Assembly: GCA_031459385.1 (NCBI GenBank)
Contig: JAVKIP010000007.1
Location: 89,387-153,386, forward strand
Source: Candidatus Fervidifonticultor secundus
GTDB taxonomy: Bacteria > Sysuimicrobiota > Sysuimicrobiia > Sysuimicrobiales > Humicultoraceae
Reading direction: 5' to 3'
Length of the DNA stretch: 64,000 nucleotides
Below, piece after piece: positions 19,982-31,793 of the stretch (its first letter is position 1; every line of letters begins with the position of its first letter). The position numbers and the translations under genes were made by a program. The notes under the pieces are model-generated. The model was not told where the DNA came from and ran no database searches. It worked only from the letters and a program-made list of their open reading frames with translations.

Positions 19982-21699
19982 GCGTCCTGCAGGCCAGGCT
20001 GGTCCCGGGCCGCGTCTTCCTCGCGGTTGCGGCCGTGCTGCTCCTGCCGGGGCCGGCTCCCGCGGCGTCTGCGGGCGGCATCACGGCGGTCGCGGCCGGG
20101 TTCGACGGTCGTGCCCGGATGGGGGCGTGGACGCCGGTCTGGGTGGACGTCGAGGCGCCGACCGCTGGCCTTGAGGGCGTGCTGGCCCTGGAGGCGACCT
20201 CGCCGGTGGGCGGCGTGGCGGCGCGCTACGCGGTGCCGGTACGCGCCGGTCCGGGCGCCCGCGTGCGTGTCTTCCTCCCCGCGGTCTTCTACGACGCACG
20301 GGCCCCGGGGGCGCTGACCCTGGAGGCTGCTGGAGGCCGCCTCGCGCGCCTGGAGCTGGGGCGCCTGCGGCCGGTAGACGAGATCGTCCTGGCCCTCTCC
20401 CGCGCGCCGCTCGCCGGCGGACGGCTCGCGCCGGGCGTCGAGCGCCTGGAACTCGTCTACCTCTCGCCCGAGCGCCTGCCGCCGGCCTGGCAGGCCTACG
20501 AAGCCGTGCGCCTCGTGATCGTCCGCGACCTGGACGAGCGCCGCGTGGACGAAGAACAGCGCCGCGCGCTGCGCGACTGGGTGCTGGCAGGTGGCCGGCT
20601 GCTGGCCATGCCGTCGGGCGACGACGTCCGCGGGCTGCAGGGGCCCACGCTTCGCCCGTTGCTGCCGGCCGCGCTCTCCGTGGCCCGCGGCGGCGACCTG
20701 CTCATGACACCAGAGGCCGGCGCCCGGGCCGACGGCCCCCGCGGCGCGCGCATCGTGCGCGCCGCGCGCGGCCGAGGCCGGGTCGTGCTCTGGGAATGGG
20801 ACGGCAGCCGCCCGGTGCGCGCGGACATCGAGGCACGGGCCTGGGAGGAGGTGCTGCAGGCCGGGCCGGCGCCCATCCCGCCCGACCTGGAGAGCACGCT
20901 GCCGCCGCAGCGCCCGTTGCCGCTGCGGATGCAGGTCGGCACGGCGGTGGTCGTGCTCGCATACATCGCCGCGGTGCGTCGGGTGAGCCGCCTGGCCGCG
21001 CGCGGCCAGATGGCCGGGCTGGCGGTCGTGCTCCTGATCGCCCTGGCCGCCACGGCCGGCGCAGTGACGCTGGCCGCGCGGGTGCGACGCGATGCCTCCG
21101 GGCCGGTGGCCTCCGTCGTGGTCGAGGCCCTGCCGGGCACCGCGGTCGGCCGCGTGCTGGTGGTGGCCCGCACGGTGGCCGCACCCGGCGTCACGTACGC
21201 GTTCCGCGTGGGTGCGGGTATGCTGATCCGGCCGGCCGTGCCGTCGCCGGTGACGGTGGTCGTGGGGGCCGATGGTGCCGAGGTCTCCGGCACCGGCAGC
21301 GTGCGGCTGGTGGCGACCGCGCTGGCGCCGGTGCGCGTGCGGGCCGCGCTGGATGCGGCCCGCACGCGCCTGGCCGTCGAGACCGCAGACGGCGTCCGCG
21401 TAGACCGGGGATGGCTCTACGTCGCCGGCCGCGTCCACGCCGTCCCGGCAGTCGCCGGGCGCGTCCAGGTGGCGCTCGCCGACTCCCGCTGGCTCTCGCG
21501 CGACCGGCTCGCGCGTACCGAGCCCAATCACGCGCTGCTGCTGTGGGCGTTCTCGTTGCTGGAGTCCGATGCTATACTCAAGGCACACCCGGCGTGGCTG
21601 CTGGGCTGGACGCGGGATCCCGCGCTCGGCTTCCGGTGGAACGGCCGCGTGGAGGCGCTCTGGCAACTCGTGCTCGTTCCGGTGGCCACTGCGGAGTGA
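19978..21699 (+). CDS. Exported/membrane hypothetical protein of the MoxR cluster (start uncertain)
   Basis: Signal-peptide-like N-term, GFDG...GAWTPV, GATase-like LRDWVLAGGRL segment, two TM helices; no clear ATG, CTG overlaps the upstream stop. Confidence 0.65.
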   Translation: MSVLQARLVPGRVFLAVAAVLLLPGPAPAASAGGITAVAAGFDGRARMGAWTPVWVDVEAPTAGLEGVLALEATSPVGGVAARYAVPVRAGPGARVRVFLPAVFYDARAPGALTLEAAGGRLARLELGRLRPVDEIVLALSRAPLAGGRLAPGVERLELVYLSPERLPPAWQAYEAVRLVIVRDLDERRVDEEQRRALRDWVLAGGRLLAMPSGDDVRGLQGPTLRPLLPAALSVARGGDLLMTPEAGARADGPRGARIVRAARGRGRVVLWEWDGSRPVRADIEARAWEEVLQAGPAPIPPDLESTLPPQRPLPLRMQVGTAVVVLAYIAAVRRVSRLAARGQMAGLAVVLLIALAATAGAVTLAARVRRDASGPVASVVVEALPGTAVGRVLVVARTVAAPGVTYAFRVGAGMLIRPAVPSPVTVVVGADGAEVSGTGSVRLVATALAPVRVRAALDAARTRLAVETADGVRVDRGWLYVAGRVHAVPAVAGRVQVALADSRWLSRDRLARTEPNHALLLWAFSLLESDAILKAHPAWLLGWTRDPALGFRWNGRVEALWQLVLVPVATAE

Positions 21700-21780
21700 G
21701 GCGGGAAACCGGTCGCCGGCGGGTGGGGCCACGCCGGCTGGCCTGGCGCGGGGGGAGCCGCAACGCGAGACCTCAATCCT

Positions 21781-22491
21781 GTGACCCGCGGCGACCTGCG
21801 TGCCCGCCTCGGCACATCCCGGGGCCGCGGGGTACAGACGTTCTACCTGCTGCTGTGCAGCGCGTTCCTCTTCCTGTCGCTGCCCCCGGAGATCGGGCGG
21901 TTCGAGCTGCGCGACGCGCACCTGCTGCTCGCCCTGCTGGCCGCGCAGACCGTGGCAGTCACCTACCTGACCTCGGCGTTCGCCTCGGGCGAGGTGGCTC
22001 TCGACGGGGAGAAAGCGCTCCCGGACCTGGTGCTCTCGGCGTTTTCCACAGCGGTCATCACCGCGGGCAAGGTGCTCTCCGGCGCCCTGTACGCTCTCTA
22101 CCTGGTGCTGATCGCGGCGCCGCTGGTCGTGTTTGCCGTGGCGCTGCGCGGCGCCCCGCTGGCCATTGCCCTGTGGGCCGGTGCGGTCTCCGCCGCGGTG
22201 GGCGCGGCGGCGGGGGCGTGGGGGGCGTGGCTTGCTGGCCGGTTCGCCTCCGAGTTCACCCGCAGCATCGTGCACTGGAGTCTGCTCGGTGCGATCTTCG
22301 TCGGCACGGCCCTGCTGCCGCCGCCCTGGTCGCTGGTCAATCCGATCCGCGCGCTCGACGGGCTCACGAGCGGCGTGGCGCCGGCACTGCTGCTGGCGGT
22401 CGTCGCGGGCTACCTGGCTGTGGCGCTCGCCGGGGCCGCGGCGATCGCCGCCCACGTGCGCGCCGCGCGGTCGGAGGCCGCGCCGCTGTGA
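21781..22491 (+). CDS. ABC-2-type permease-like membrane protein
   Basis: About 6 hydrophobic helices; LPDLVLS...VITAGKV and VNPI patterns. Confidence 0.65.
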   Translation: MTRGDLRARLGTSRGRGVQTFYLLLCSAFLFLSLPPEIGRFELRDAHLLLALLAAQTVAVTYLTSAFASGEVALDGEKALPDLVLSAFSTAVITAGKVLSGALYALYLVLIAAPLVVFAVALRGAPLAIALWAGAVSAAVGAAAGAWGAWLAGRFASEFTRSIVHWSLLGAIFVGTALLPPPWSLVNPIRALDGLTSGVAPALLLAVVAGYLAVALAGAAAIAAHVRAARSEAAPL

Positions 22492-22527
22492 TGGCCAGGC
22501 TGTCGGGCAACAGCCGCGAGGTGAGCG

Positions 22528-24078
22528 GTGGAGCCTGAGGTCGTCAGGGAGGTCGTCGAACAGGCACGGCGGCGGCTCGCGGCGCGCCGCGCGTGGCAGT
22601 GGGGAAGCCGGCTGGCGCTGGCGCTGGCAGCACTGGCCCTGCTGGGGGAGCTCGCGCGCACGGTCGTGCCGCTGGCGCTGCCCGCGGGCGCGCTGGCCGC
22701 GGCCAGCATCGCCGCCGGCGTGCTGGTCGCGGGCGCGCTGGCGCGGCTGTGGCGCGTACCGCCGCAGCTGGCCGCCCAGGTGGTGGACCTGCGCCTGGGG
22801 TGCGCCGACCGCCTGGCGACGGCGGTCGAGGTCCTGACAGGGCAGCACCGCCCGACGGCCCTGACCGATGCGCTCGTGGCCGACGCGGCGCGGACGGCCG
22901 CATCGCTCGACCTGCGGCGCGGGCTGGCCGTGCGGCCCCCGCGGCTGATGGCGCTGGCTGTCGTCGTCGCGGTGCTGGCGATGGCCTCCGATGTCGCGCT
23001 GGTGGGCCTGACGGTGCCCGGCACGCCCGCGCGCATGGTCGTGGAGACGATCCGCCGCGAAGGCCGGCGCCTGGAGCGCAGCGCCGAGGCGTTGGAAGAG
23101 CAGGCGCGCCTCGACCGGGCCCGGCTCACGCGACGGTTCGCACCGTCCCTGCGCGCGCTGGGCCAGAGCCTGCAGCGCGAACGGCTGGAGCGTCAGGATG
23201 CCCTGGCCCGGCTCGAGGCGCTGGCCAAGCAGGTGGAAGCTGCGCGCCGCCAGGTGCAGCGCCGCGCGTCCGACCTGGGGGGGCAGCCGCCGCCCGCCGA
23301 GCGGCCGTCCGACCTGTTCCGGCGCCGCGCTGCGGCCGAGCGCACCCTGCGGCAGATCCGCGAGATCGCAGAGCGCCTCACGCAGAGCCGGTCCCCGGAG
23401 GAGCGCCAGGCCTTGCTGCGGCAGCTCGCTGCCCTGGCCGGCGGCGGTGAGGACGGCGACGTGCCGGCGCGCGCGCGCCAGCAGGCGGCCGAGGCGCAGC
23501 GCCACCTGGAGGCCGGGGACGCGGCGGGCGCGCGCCGCGCGCTGCAGCAGGGCGCCAGCGACCTCGAAAATCTGCGCGCGATGCTGGCTGACGAGGAGGG
23601 CCTGCAGCAGACGCAGCGAGACCTCCAGCGGTCGTCGCAGCAGATCGCCCGCGGCCGGCCGGTGTCCGCCGATGACGCCGAACAGACGCCGCAGGCAGCG
23701 GCGCAGCCTGGCCAGGTCGCGCCCGGTACCCGCCCACCCCAGGAACGCAATGCGCCCGATGGCCTGGAGCCGCCGCCGGGGCCGAACCAGGGCACCACGC
23801 CCGGCCAGGGCGCGCCGGCGGAGAAGCTCGGCGAGCGCACCCCGCGGCTGGACGCCGACAGGCAGTCGTCTCGCGTGCGTGGCCTCCAGGGTGAGGGGCG
23901 CGTGACCACCTCCGAGCTGCTCGGACCGGGACGCGCCGCCGAGGTCCGGGCGCCGCAGGGCCCGGCGCTGCGGGTGGCGCGCGCCGAGGCCGACCGCTAC
24001 ATGGCGCGCTGGCGCATTCCGCCCGAGTACCGGGAGATCGTGCGCCGGTACTTCGAGGCGCTGGCCGCGCAGCGCTGA
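22528..24078 (+). CDS. Membrane-anchored coiled-coil protein of the MoxR cluster
   Basis: TM helices, DRLATAVE, long coiled coil, C-term IPPEYREIVRRYF. Confidence 0.75.
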   Translation: MEPEVVREVVEQARRRLAARRAWQWGSRLALALAALALLGELARTVVPLALPAGALAAASIAAGVLVAGALARLWRVPPQLAAQVVDLRLGCADRLATAVEVLTGQHRPTALTDALVADAARTAASLDLRRGLAVRPPRLMALAVVVAVLAMASDVALVGLTVPGTPARMVVETIRREGRRLERSAEALEEQARLDRARLTRRFAPSLRALGQSLQRERLERQDALARLEALAKQVEAARRQVQRRASDLGGQPPPAERPSDLFRRRAAAERTLRQIREIAERLTQSRSPEERQALLRQLAALAGGGEDGDVPARARQQAAEAQRHLEAGDAAGARRALQQGASDLENLRAMLADEEGLQQTQRDLQRSSQQIARGRPVSADDAEQTPQAAAQPGQVAPGTRPPQERNAPDGLEPPPGPNQGTTPGQGAPAEKLGERTPRLDADRQSSRVRGLQGEGRVTTSELLGPGRAAEVRAPQGPALRVARAEADRYMARWRIPPEYREIVRRYFEALAAQR

Positions 24079-24114
24079 CGGCGCGCCCACACCAGGCCCA
24101 GGAGGCTCGACCGG

Positions 24115-25107
24115 ATGGACGCCACGACGTTTCGACGCACCTACACGGCGCTGCGGGAAGAGATCCACAAGGTCATCGTCGGCCACGAGGCGCTGGTCGA
24201 GCACGTGCTGATCGCGCTGCTGGCCAACGGGCACGTGCTCCTCGAGGGTGTGCCGGGGCTGGGGAAGACGTTGCTGGTGAAGACGCTGGCGGCAGCGCTC
24301 GACCTGCGCTACTCGCGGATCCAGTTCACGCCCGACCTCATGCCCGCCGACATCATCGGCACCAACGTCATCCACCAGGACGCCGAAGGGCGGCGGTTCT
24401 TCGAGTTCCAGCGCGGCCCGATCTTCTCGCAGATCGTCCTGGCCGACGAAGTGAACCGCGCCACGCCCAAGACCCAGTCGGCCCTGCTGGAGGCCATGCA
24501 GGAGCGCACCGTGACCGCCCCCGGCGGTCCCTATGCCCTGGAGGAGCCGTTCCTGGTCCTGGCCACCCAGAACCCCATCGAGATGGAAGGGACCTACCCG
24601 CTGCCGGAGGCGCAGGTCGACCGGTTCCTCTTCAAGCTCAAGGTCGAGTTCCCGGCGCTGGACGACCTGGTGGAGATCATGGACCGCACCACCGGCCCCG
24701 AGCCCCCCGCCGTCCAGGTCGTGGCCTCGGCGCCGGTGATCCGCGCCATGCAGGCCCTGGCGCGCGAGGTCCCGGTCGCCGAGCACGTGAAGCGCTACGT
24801 GGCGCGGCTGGTGCGCGCCACGCATCCCCGTGACGAAACGGCCAGCAGCCTGGCCAGGCGCTACGTCCGCTACGGCGCCAGCCCGCGCGGCGCGCAGGCG
24901 CTGTTGCTGGCCGGCAAGGTGCGTGCCCTCGTCGACGGCCGCGTGAACGTCAGCGTCGACGACGTGCGAGCGCTGGCCCTGGCCGCCCTCCGGCACCGGG
25001 TGATTTTGAACTTCGAGGCCGAGGCCGAGGGCATCGACCCCGACCAGGTGATCCGCGCCACTCTCGATGAGGTCCCGGTCTCGCCGGCGGCCTCGGTGGC
25101 GTACTAG
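24115..25107 (+). CDS. moxR: MoxR-family AAA+ ATPase
   Basis: GHVLLEGVPGLGKT, RIQFTPDLMPADI, LADEVNRATPKTQSALLEAMQE, ATQNPIEMEGTYPLPEAQ. Confidence 0.96.
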   Translation: MDATTFRRTYTALREEIHKVIVGHEALVEHVLIALLANGHVLLEGVPGLGKTLLVKTLAAALDLRYSRIQFTPDLMPADIIGTNVIHQDAEGRRFFEFQRGPIFSQIVLADEVNRATPKTQSALLEAMQERTVTAPGGPYALEEPFLVLATQNPIEMEGTYPLPEAQVDRFLFKLKVEFPALDDLVEIMDRTTGPEPPAVQVVASAPVIRAMQALAREVPVAEHVKRYVARLVRATHPRDETASSLARRYVRYGASPRGAQALLLAGKVRALVDGRVNVSVDDVRALALAALRHRVILNFEAEAEGIDPDQVIRATLDEVPVSPAASVAY

Positions 25108-25110
25108 CCG

Positions 25111-25997
<887 letters not shown>

Positions 25998-25998
<1 letters not shown>

Positions 25999-27809
25999 TG
26001 GTGCTCGGCACGCCTGCCGCGCTGTGGGGCCTCCTGCTCATTCCGCTGGTGGTCCTGCTCTACCTCCTGCGGGCGCGGCGCGAGCCCCGCGTCATCTCCA
26101 GCACGCTCCTGTGGGAGCGCGCCGCGCGGGATCTCGTGGCGCGCCTGCCGGTCCGCAGGCTGGAGCGCAGCGTCCTGCTGCTGCTGCAGCTCCTCGTCGT
26201 CGCCGCCGTGGTGGGCGCCCTGGCACGGCCCCTGGTCGCGCTGCGTGGGTTCACCGGCGACGCCGTGGTGCTCGTGGTCGATGCCACCGCCAGCATGCAG
26301 GCCACCGACGTGCCGCCCTCGCGCCTGGCCGCTGCGCAGGCTGAGGCGCTGGCCGTGCTGGCCGGCCTGGGCCCGCGTCAGCCGGCCGCGGTCCTGGCCG
26401 TGGCCGGACGGCCCCGGCTCCTGCTGGAGTTCACCACCGACCGCGCCGCGGCCCGTGCGGCGCTCGGCGGGGTGCGGCCCACCGACACTGCGGGTGGCCT
26501 CGAGGACGCCGTGGCGCTGGCCGCCAGCCTGCGCGCGGGCGGCCGCCCCGCCGTCGTGCACGTCTTCAGCGACGAGCCGCCCGGCGCCCCAGGTGTGGTC
26601 TGGCACCGCGTCGGCCGCGGCGCGCCCAACGCGGGCATCACGGCACTCCGGGCGCGCAACGATGCGGCCCGGCGTGCCCACCTGATGGTGCGGGTGGAGG
26701 CGGTCGGCGCGCCCGCCGACCGCCGGCTCGTGGCCCGCATGGGGCCGCGCGTGCTGGCCGAGCGCCGGGTACGCGTCGTCCCTGGCGCGCCGCAAACGGT
26801 GCTGCTAGACCTGGGCCACGCCTCGGGCGTCGTCACGGTCACCCTCGAGGGATCCGACGCGCTGGCCGCAGACGACCGCGCCGTGCTCGCGGTGGGCGCC
26901 GACGGACGCCCGCGCGTGCTCGTCGTGGGCGATGCCACCCCGGTCCTGGACGCCGCGCTCGCCGCAGTCCCCACCGGCGGCATCGAGCGCGTGCCGGACG
27001 CCTCGCCGGCACAGTGGGGCCGGGCGTCGGTGGTGGTCCTGGATCGCGTGCCGGTCGCCCAGCCGCTGCCGCCGGGCGCGTACCTGCTGGTAGGGACTGT
27101 CGCGCCCAACCTCCCGCTGCAGATCACGGGCGTGGCCGGGCCGCAGGTGGTGCAGGCGGTCGCGTCCACGCATCCTGTCGTGCGCCTGGCCGATCTGCGC
27201 GGCGCCCGCGTGGCCGAGGCGCTGGCCCTGCGGCCCCACGGCGGGGCCGTGCTGGCGGAGGGGGAGACGCCGCTCGTGTGGGCGTTCGATGCCCAGGGGC
27301 TGCGGGTCGTGCTGCTGCCGTTCGATCCGTCATCCAGCGAGCTGGCTGTGCACCCGGCGTTCCCGGTGCTGGTGGCCAACGCCATCGACTGGCTGACCGG
27401 CGGCGGACAGGTGGCCGCGGGCGCGCAGCCTGTGGTGCCGGCCGGGCCGTGGGCACGCGCAAGCCTGCGTGGACCTGACGGCCACGCCGTCGACGTCGAG
27501 GCGCGCGATGGCCGGTTCGCGCTGCCGCCGCTCGACCGCATCGGGGCCTGGCGCCTGCGGACCGGCGGCTGGGAGCGCCTGTGGGTCGTGGCAGCTGCAG
27601 ACGCTCGCGAGACCGCTGCGGTTGCGGTCCCGCCGCCGACGCCTGCGGCGGCCGCGTCCGGCAGCGCCCAGGTCGCCCAGGTGAGCCTGACCCCGGCGCT
27701 GCTGGCCATGGCCGCGGTGCTGCTGGGTCTGGAGTGGGCACTGTGGACCCGGTCGCTGCCCCGCCGCGGCCAGGAGCCGCAGGCACGCCTTAGGGGCGCA
27801 CGCCGGTGA
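25998..27809 (+). CDS. BatA-domain/VWA membrane protein
   Basis: LLLIPLVVLLYLLR..SSTLLW, LARP, MIDAS-like DATASM, FSD, HPAFPVLVAN. Confidence 0.85.
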
Positions 27810-30529
27810 TCCGCCTGGCGTCGCCCTTCATGCTGGCAGCCCTGCTGGTGCTGCCGCTGGTGCTGCTGTCCACCCGCCGCCGCACGCCCCGGCGTCACCT
27901 GCTGGGGCTGCGTCTGGTGGCCCTGGTGGCGCTGGCGCTGGCCGCCGCAGGCCTGGAACTGATGGCGGTTGTCCCGGACATCACCGTCGTGCTGGTCGCC
28001 GACCGCTCCGACAGCATCGGGCCCGAGGGCGCGCGGGCGATCCGCGCCTTCCTCGACGGCGTGCGCGCGGTGGCCGGTCCCCACCACCGCGTGGGCCTGG
28101 TGACGTTCGGCGGCGATGCCGTGCTCGAGGAGGCGCCGTCTCCCCAGCCCCGGCTGGCCCTGACGTCTCGTCCCCGCGCCGACGGCACGAACCTGGCGCT
28201 GGCCATCGAGCGCGCGCTCACGGCCGTCCCCGAAGGGCGTCGCGCCCGCATCGTGCTGCTCACCGATGGCAACGCCACGACCGGCAACCTGCCGCAGGCC
28301 CTCGATGCGGCTCGCGCGCGCGGCGTCGAGCTCGCCGTCGTCCCCGTGGCGTCGGCGTCCGGGCCTGACGTGCTGGTCGAGGACGTGAGCGTGCCGTCCG
28401 TCGTGTCCCTGGGAGAGCGCATTCCGGTCAGGGTGACGTTGCGCGCGACCGCGCCCGCCGAGGCGACGCTGCGCGTCCGCGGCAACGGCACGCTGCTGCT
28501 GGTCCGCGACCTGCAGCTGCGGCCCGGACGCACCGAGGTCGACCTCGAGCCGGTGACGACGCAGGGGGGCCTGCTGCGCGTCGACGCCGCGGTGGACGCG
28601 GACCCCGACGGCGAGCCCGGGAACAACCGCGCCTTCGCGCTGGCATTCGTGCAGGGCCGGCCGTTCGTGCTCTACGCGGGCGACCCGCCCGGCCCCCTGG
28701 CCGACGTGCTCGCGGGCCAGGGGTTCGAGGTCCGGCGCACCGCTCCGGGACAGCTGCCGACGTCGCCGGCCGCCTATCAGGGGGTCGCCGCCGTGGTGCT
28801 GGACGACCTGCCGGCTTACCGGCTGAGCCCGCACCAGATGACGGCCCTGCGCGACTACGTGGCCGCAGGCGGCGGGCTCGTGGCCGCAGCGGGCCGGCAG
28901 TCGTTCGGGATCGGCGGATATGCCGATACGCCGCTCGAGGAGGCCCTGCCGGTCAGCATGGACGTCCGGCACCGGTTGGCCATTCCGTCGATGGCGGTGG
29001 TGCTGGTGCTGGACGCGTCGGGCAGCATGGGGAGCTTCGGGCCGGAGCTGGCCAAGGTGGAGCTCGCCAAGGAGACGGCGCAGTCGGTGATCGACCTCCT
29101 CGGCGAGCGCGACCTGGTGGGCGTGATCGCGTTCGACCAGCAGCCCCGCTGGCTGGTAGAGCTCACGCCGGCCGGGCGGCGCGCGGCGATCCTGGACGCG
29201 GTGGCGCGCATCAAGGCCGGCGGCGGCACCAACCTCTACCCGGCTCTGGTGGCGGCAAGGGACGCGCTGCGCCGCGCCGAGGCCAAGGTGAAGCACGTGA
29301 TCGTGCTCTCCGACGGGCAGACCGATCCGGGTGACTTCCGCGGCCTGACCGTGGGCATGGCCGACGAGCGGATGACGGTCAGCACCGTGGCCATCGGCCG
29401 CGACGCCGACGTGGAGATCATGCGGAACATCGCGGCCTGGGGCCGCGGGCGCGCGTACGTCGCGCAGGACCTCTACAGCATCCCGCAGATCCTCACCGCC
29501 GAGGCGATGCTGGCCACGCGCGCCTATGTCGTCGAAGAGCGTTTTTCGCCCCGTATCGTCGGCGCCCCGGCGCCCCTGGCCGGCATCGCGGGCCTGCCGC
29601 CGTTGCGCGGGTACCTGGCCACGGCGCCGAAGCCGGCAGCCGAGGTCGCGGTGATCTCGCACCAGGACGACCCGGTGGTGGCGCTGTGGGCGTACGGGCT
29701 CGGCCGCGCCGTGGCTGTTGCGACCGACGCCCGCCTCCGCTGGACCGCTGAGTGGAGCGGGTGGCCCGACGCCCCGCGCTTCTGGTCGCAGCTGGTACGC
29801 TGGGCGTCGGCGACAGCCAGCTGGCCCCTGGACGTGCACGTGGACACGGAGGCCGGCCGGGTGCGCGTGGTCCTGGACGCCCGGGCCGCGGACGGGACGC
29901 CGATCGTCTCCTGGACGGCCCAGGCCACGGTGGCCGGCGACGGCGCCGAGACCGTGCGCGTGCCGCTGGAACAGACCCAGCCGGGCTGGTACGAGGCGTC
30001 GCTGCCGCTGCCCGCGCCCGGCGCCTACCTGGTGACCGTGGCCGCATACGACGGCGGGCGGCTGGTCGGCCGGGCGGCGCGCGGGCTGGCCGTCCCCTAC
30101 TCGCCCGAACTCCGTCAGGTCGGCCTGAACCGCGCCTTGCTCTCGCAGATCGTCGAGACCGCAGCCGCGCGCATCGTGACCCGGCCCGCCGAGGCGCTGG
30201 CGTCCCCGGCACACCCGGAGCGCCGGCCGCGCCCGGTCTGGCCCGCGCTCGCGGCGGTGGGGCTGATGGCGTTCCTGGCGGAGGTGACGCTGCGGCGGGT
30301 GCCGGTCATCGAGCACCACGTCGCGCGCCTGGCGGCGGCCGCGGTGGCGCTGGTGCGCCGCACCCCGCCGCCGGACGTGCTGGCCGGGGACGCAGAGTAC
30401 GATGCGGCCGACCGCTGGCGCATCGACGAGCCGGCCGAGGCCGCGGCGCGTGCCGCCTCGATGGAGGCAGCCGCGCGGTTGTACATCGCGCGGCTCCGGC
30501 GCCAGCGCGAGGACGACCAACCGGCGTGA
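27806..30529 (+). CDS. Double VWA + GATase1-like membrane protein
   Basis: DRSDSI / LLTDGN, LRDYVAAGGGL...SFGIGGY, DASGSM / LSDG, YGLGRAVA. Confidence 0.88.
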   Translation: MIRLASPFMLAALLVLPLVLLSTRRRTPRRHLLGLRLVALVALALAAAGLELMAVVPDITVVLVADRSDSIGPEGARAIRAFLDGVRAVAGPHHRVGLVTFGGDAVLEEAPSPQPRLALTSRPRADGTNLALAIERALTAVPEGRRARIVLLTDGNATTGNLPQALDAARARGVELAVVPVASASGPDVLVEDVSVPSVVSLGERIPVRVTLRATAPAEATLRVRGNGTLLLVRDLQLRPGRTEVDLEPVTTQGGLLRVDAAVDADPDGEPGNNRAFALAFVQGRPFVLYAGDPPGPLADVLAGQGFEVRRTAPGQLPTSPAAYQGVAAVVLDDLPAYRLSPHQMTALRDYVAAGGGLVAAAGRQSFGIGGYADTPLEEALPVSMDVRHRLAIPSMAVVLVLDASGSMGSFGPELAKVELAKETAQSVIDLLGERDLVGVIAFDQQPRWLVELTPAGRRAAILDAVARIKAGGGTNLYPALVAARDALRRAEAKVKHVIVLSDGQTDPGDFRGLTVGMADERMTVSTVAIGRDADVEIMRNIAAWGRGRAYVAQDLYSIPQILTAEAMLATRAYVVEERFSPRIVGAPAPLAGIAGLPPLRGYLATAPKPAAEVAVISHQDDPVVALWAYGLGRAVAVATDARLRWTAEWSGWPDAPRFWSQLVRWASATASWPLDVHVDTEAGRVRVVLDARAADGTPIVSWTAQATVAGDGAETVRVPLEQTQPGWYEASLPLPAPGAYLVTVAAYDGGRLVGRAARGLAVPYSPELRQVGLNRALLSQIVETAAARIVTRPAEALASPAHPERRPRPVWPALAAVGLMAFLAEVTLRRVPVIEHHVARLAAAAVALVRRTPPPDVLAGDAEYDAADRWRIDEPAEAAARAASMEAAARLYIARLRRQREDDQPA

Positions 30530-30530
30530 C

Positions 30531-31793
30531 GTGACCGGCACCGCCGCGCTGCCCCCCATGTTCCGGATCGCCCGGCGCCTGCCGCGGCCGCGCGTGGGCG
30601 ATCCCGGCCGCGCCACCGAGGACGCCCTGGCCCGCCTGGACCTGGCCCCGCGCGTCGCCGGCCGCCGCATCGCTGTCACCGCCGGCAGCCGGGGCATCCG
30701 CGACATCGTTCCCGTGCTGCGCGCAGTGGTCGCGCACCTGCGGCGCCTGGGCGCCGACCCCGTGGTCGTGGCCGCGATGGGCAGCCACGGCGGCGGCGTG
30801 GCCGACGGCCAGCGCCGGGTCCTTGAGCACCTGGGCATCACCGAGGCCGCGCTCGGGGCGCCGGTCTCCACCGCGATGGAGGCGGAGGTCGTCGGGCGCA
30901 CGCCGGAGGGCCTCCCGGTCTGGTGCGATGCGGTCGCCGCGGCGTGCGACGGCATCGTGGTGGTCAACCGCATCAAGGAGCACACGGGGTTCTTCGGGCC
31001 GTTCGGCAGCGGTCTGATGAAGATGCTGGCCGTCGGGCTGGGCAAGGTGGCGGGCGCCTCCCAGGTCCACCGCCACGGTCCCGGCGCTCCCATGGCCGGG
31101 GCGATCCGCGCCATGGCCCGGGTCCACCTGGCCCGGGGCGCCGTCGTGGCCGGGGTCGCGATCGTGGAGAACGCCTACGACGAGACCGCGCACATCGAAG
31201 TGGTCCCGCCCGAGCACCTGCCCGAGCGCGAGCTGGAGCTGTTCGGCCTGGCCCAGCGGCTGCGTCCGCGGTTGCCGCTGGACGACCTGGACGTGCTCAT
31301 CGTGGATGCGATCGGCAAGGACTATTCGGGCACCGGCATGGATCCCGTGGTGGTGGGCCGGATGCGCGTGCCCGGGCTGCCAGAGCCCCCGGCGCCGCGC
31401 ATCCGGCGCATCGTGGCGCTGCGCCTGTCGGCCGGGTCGGAAGGCAACGCCCAGGGCGTGGGCCTGGCTGATCTCGTGACGCAGCGCCTGGTCGACGCCA
31501 TCGACCGGCGGGCCACCTACCTGAACGCGATCACGAGCACGTTCCTCCAGCGCGCGTTCATCCCGGTGACGCTGCCCTCGGATCGCGACGCGATCACCAC
31601 GGCCCTGGACACGCTGGGTCTGGCCGACCCGCGCGAGGCCCGCATCGTGCGCATCGCCAACACGCTGCATCTGGAGACGCTGCTGGCATCCGAGGCGGCG
31701 GTGGCGGCGCTGCGGGGGCAGGAGGGGCTGGAGATCGGCGGACCCGTGCCGTGGCGCTTCGCGCCCGACGGCCAGCTCGCCGACCTGCCGTGA
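30531..31793 (+). CDS. Lactate-racemase-domain (LarA/DUF2088-like) protein
   Basis: IAVTAGSRGI, AMGSHGGG, VNRIKEHT, GKDYSGTGMD, GNAQGVGLAD. Confidence 0.8.
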   Translation: MTGTAALPPMFRIARRLPRPRVGDPGRATEDALARLDLAPRVAGRRIAVTAGSRGIRDIVPVLRAVVAHLRRLGADPVVVAAMGSHGGGVADGQRRVLEHLGITEAALGAPVSTAMEAEVVGRTPEGLPVWCDAVAAACDGIVVVNRIKEHTGFFGPFGSGLMKMLAVGLGKVAGASQVHRHGPGAPMAGAIRAMARVHLARGAVVAGVAIVENAYDETAHIEVVPPEHLPERELELFGLAQRLRPRLPLDDLDVLIVDAIGKDYSGTGMDPVVVGRMRVPGLPEPPAPRIRRIVALRLSAGSEGNAQGVGLADLVTQRLVDAIDRRATYLNAITSTFLQRAFIPVTLPSDRDAITTALDTLGLADPREARIVRIANTLHLETLLASEAAVAALRGQEGLEIGGPVPWRFAPDGQLADLP

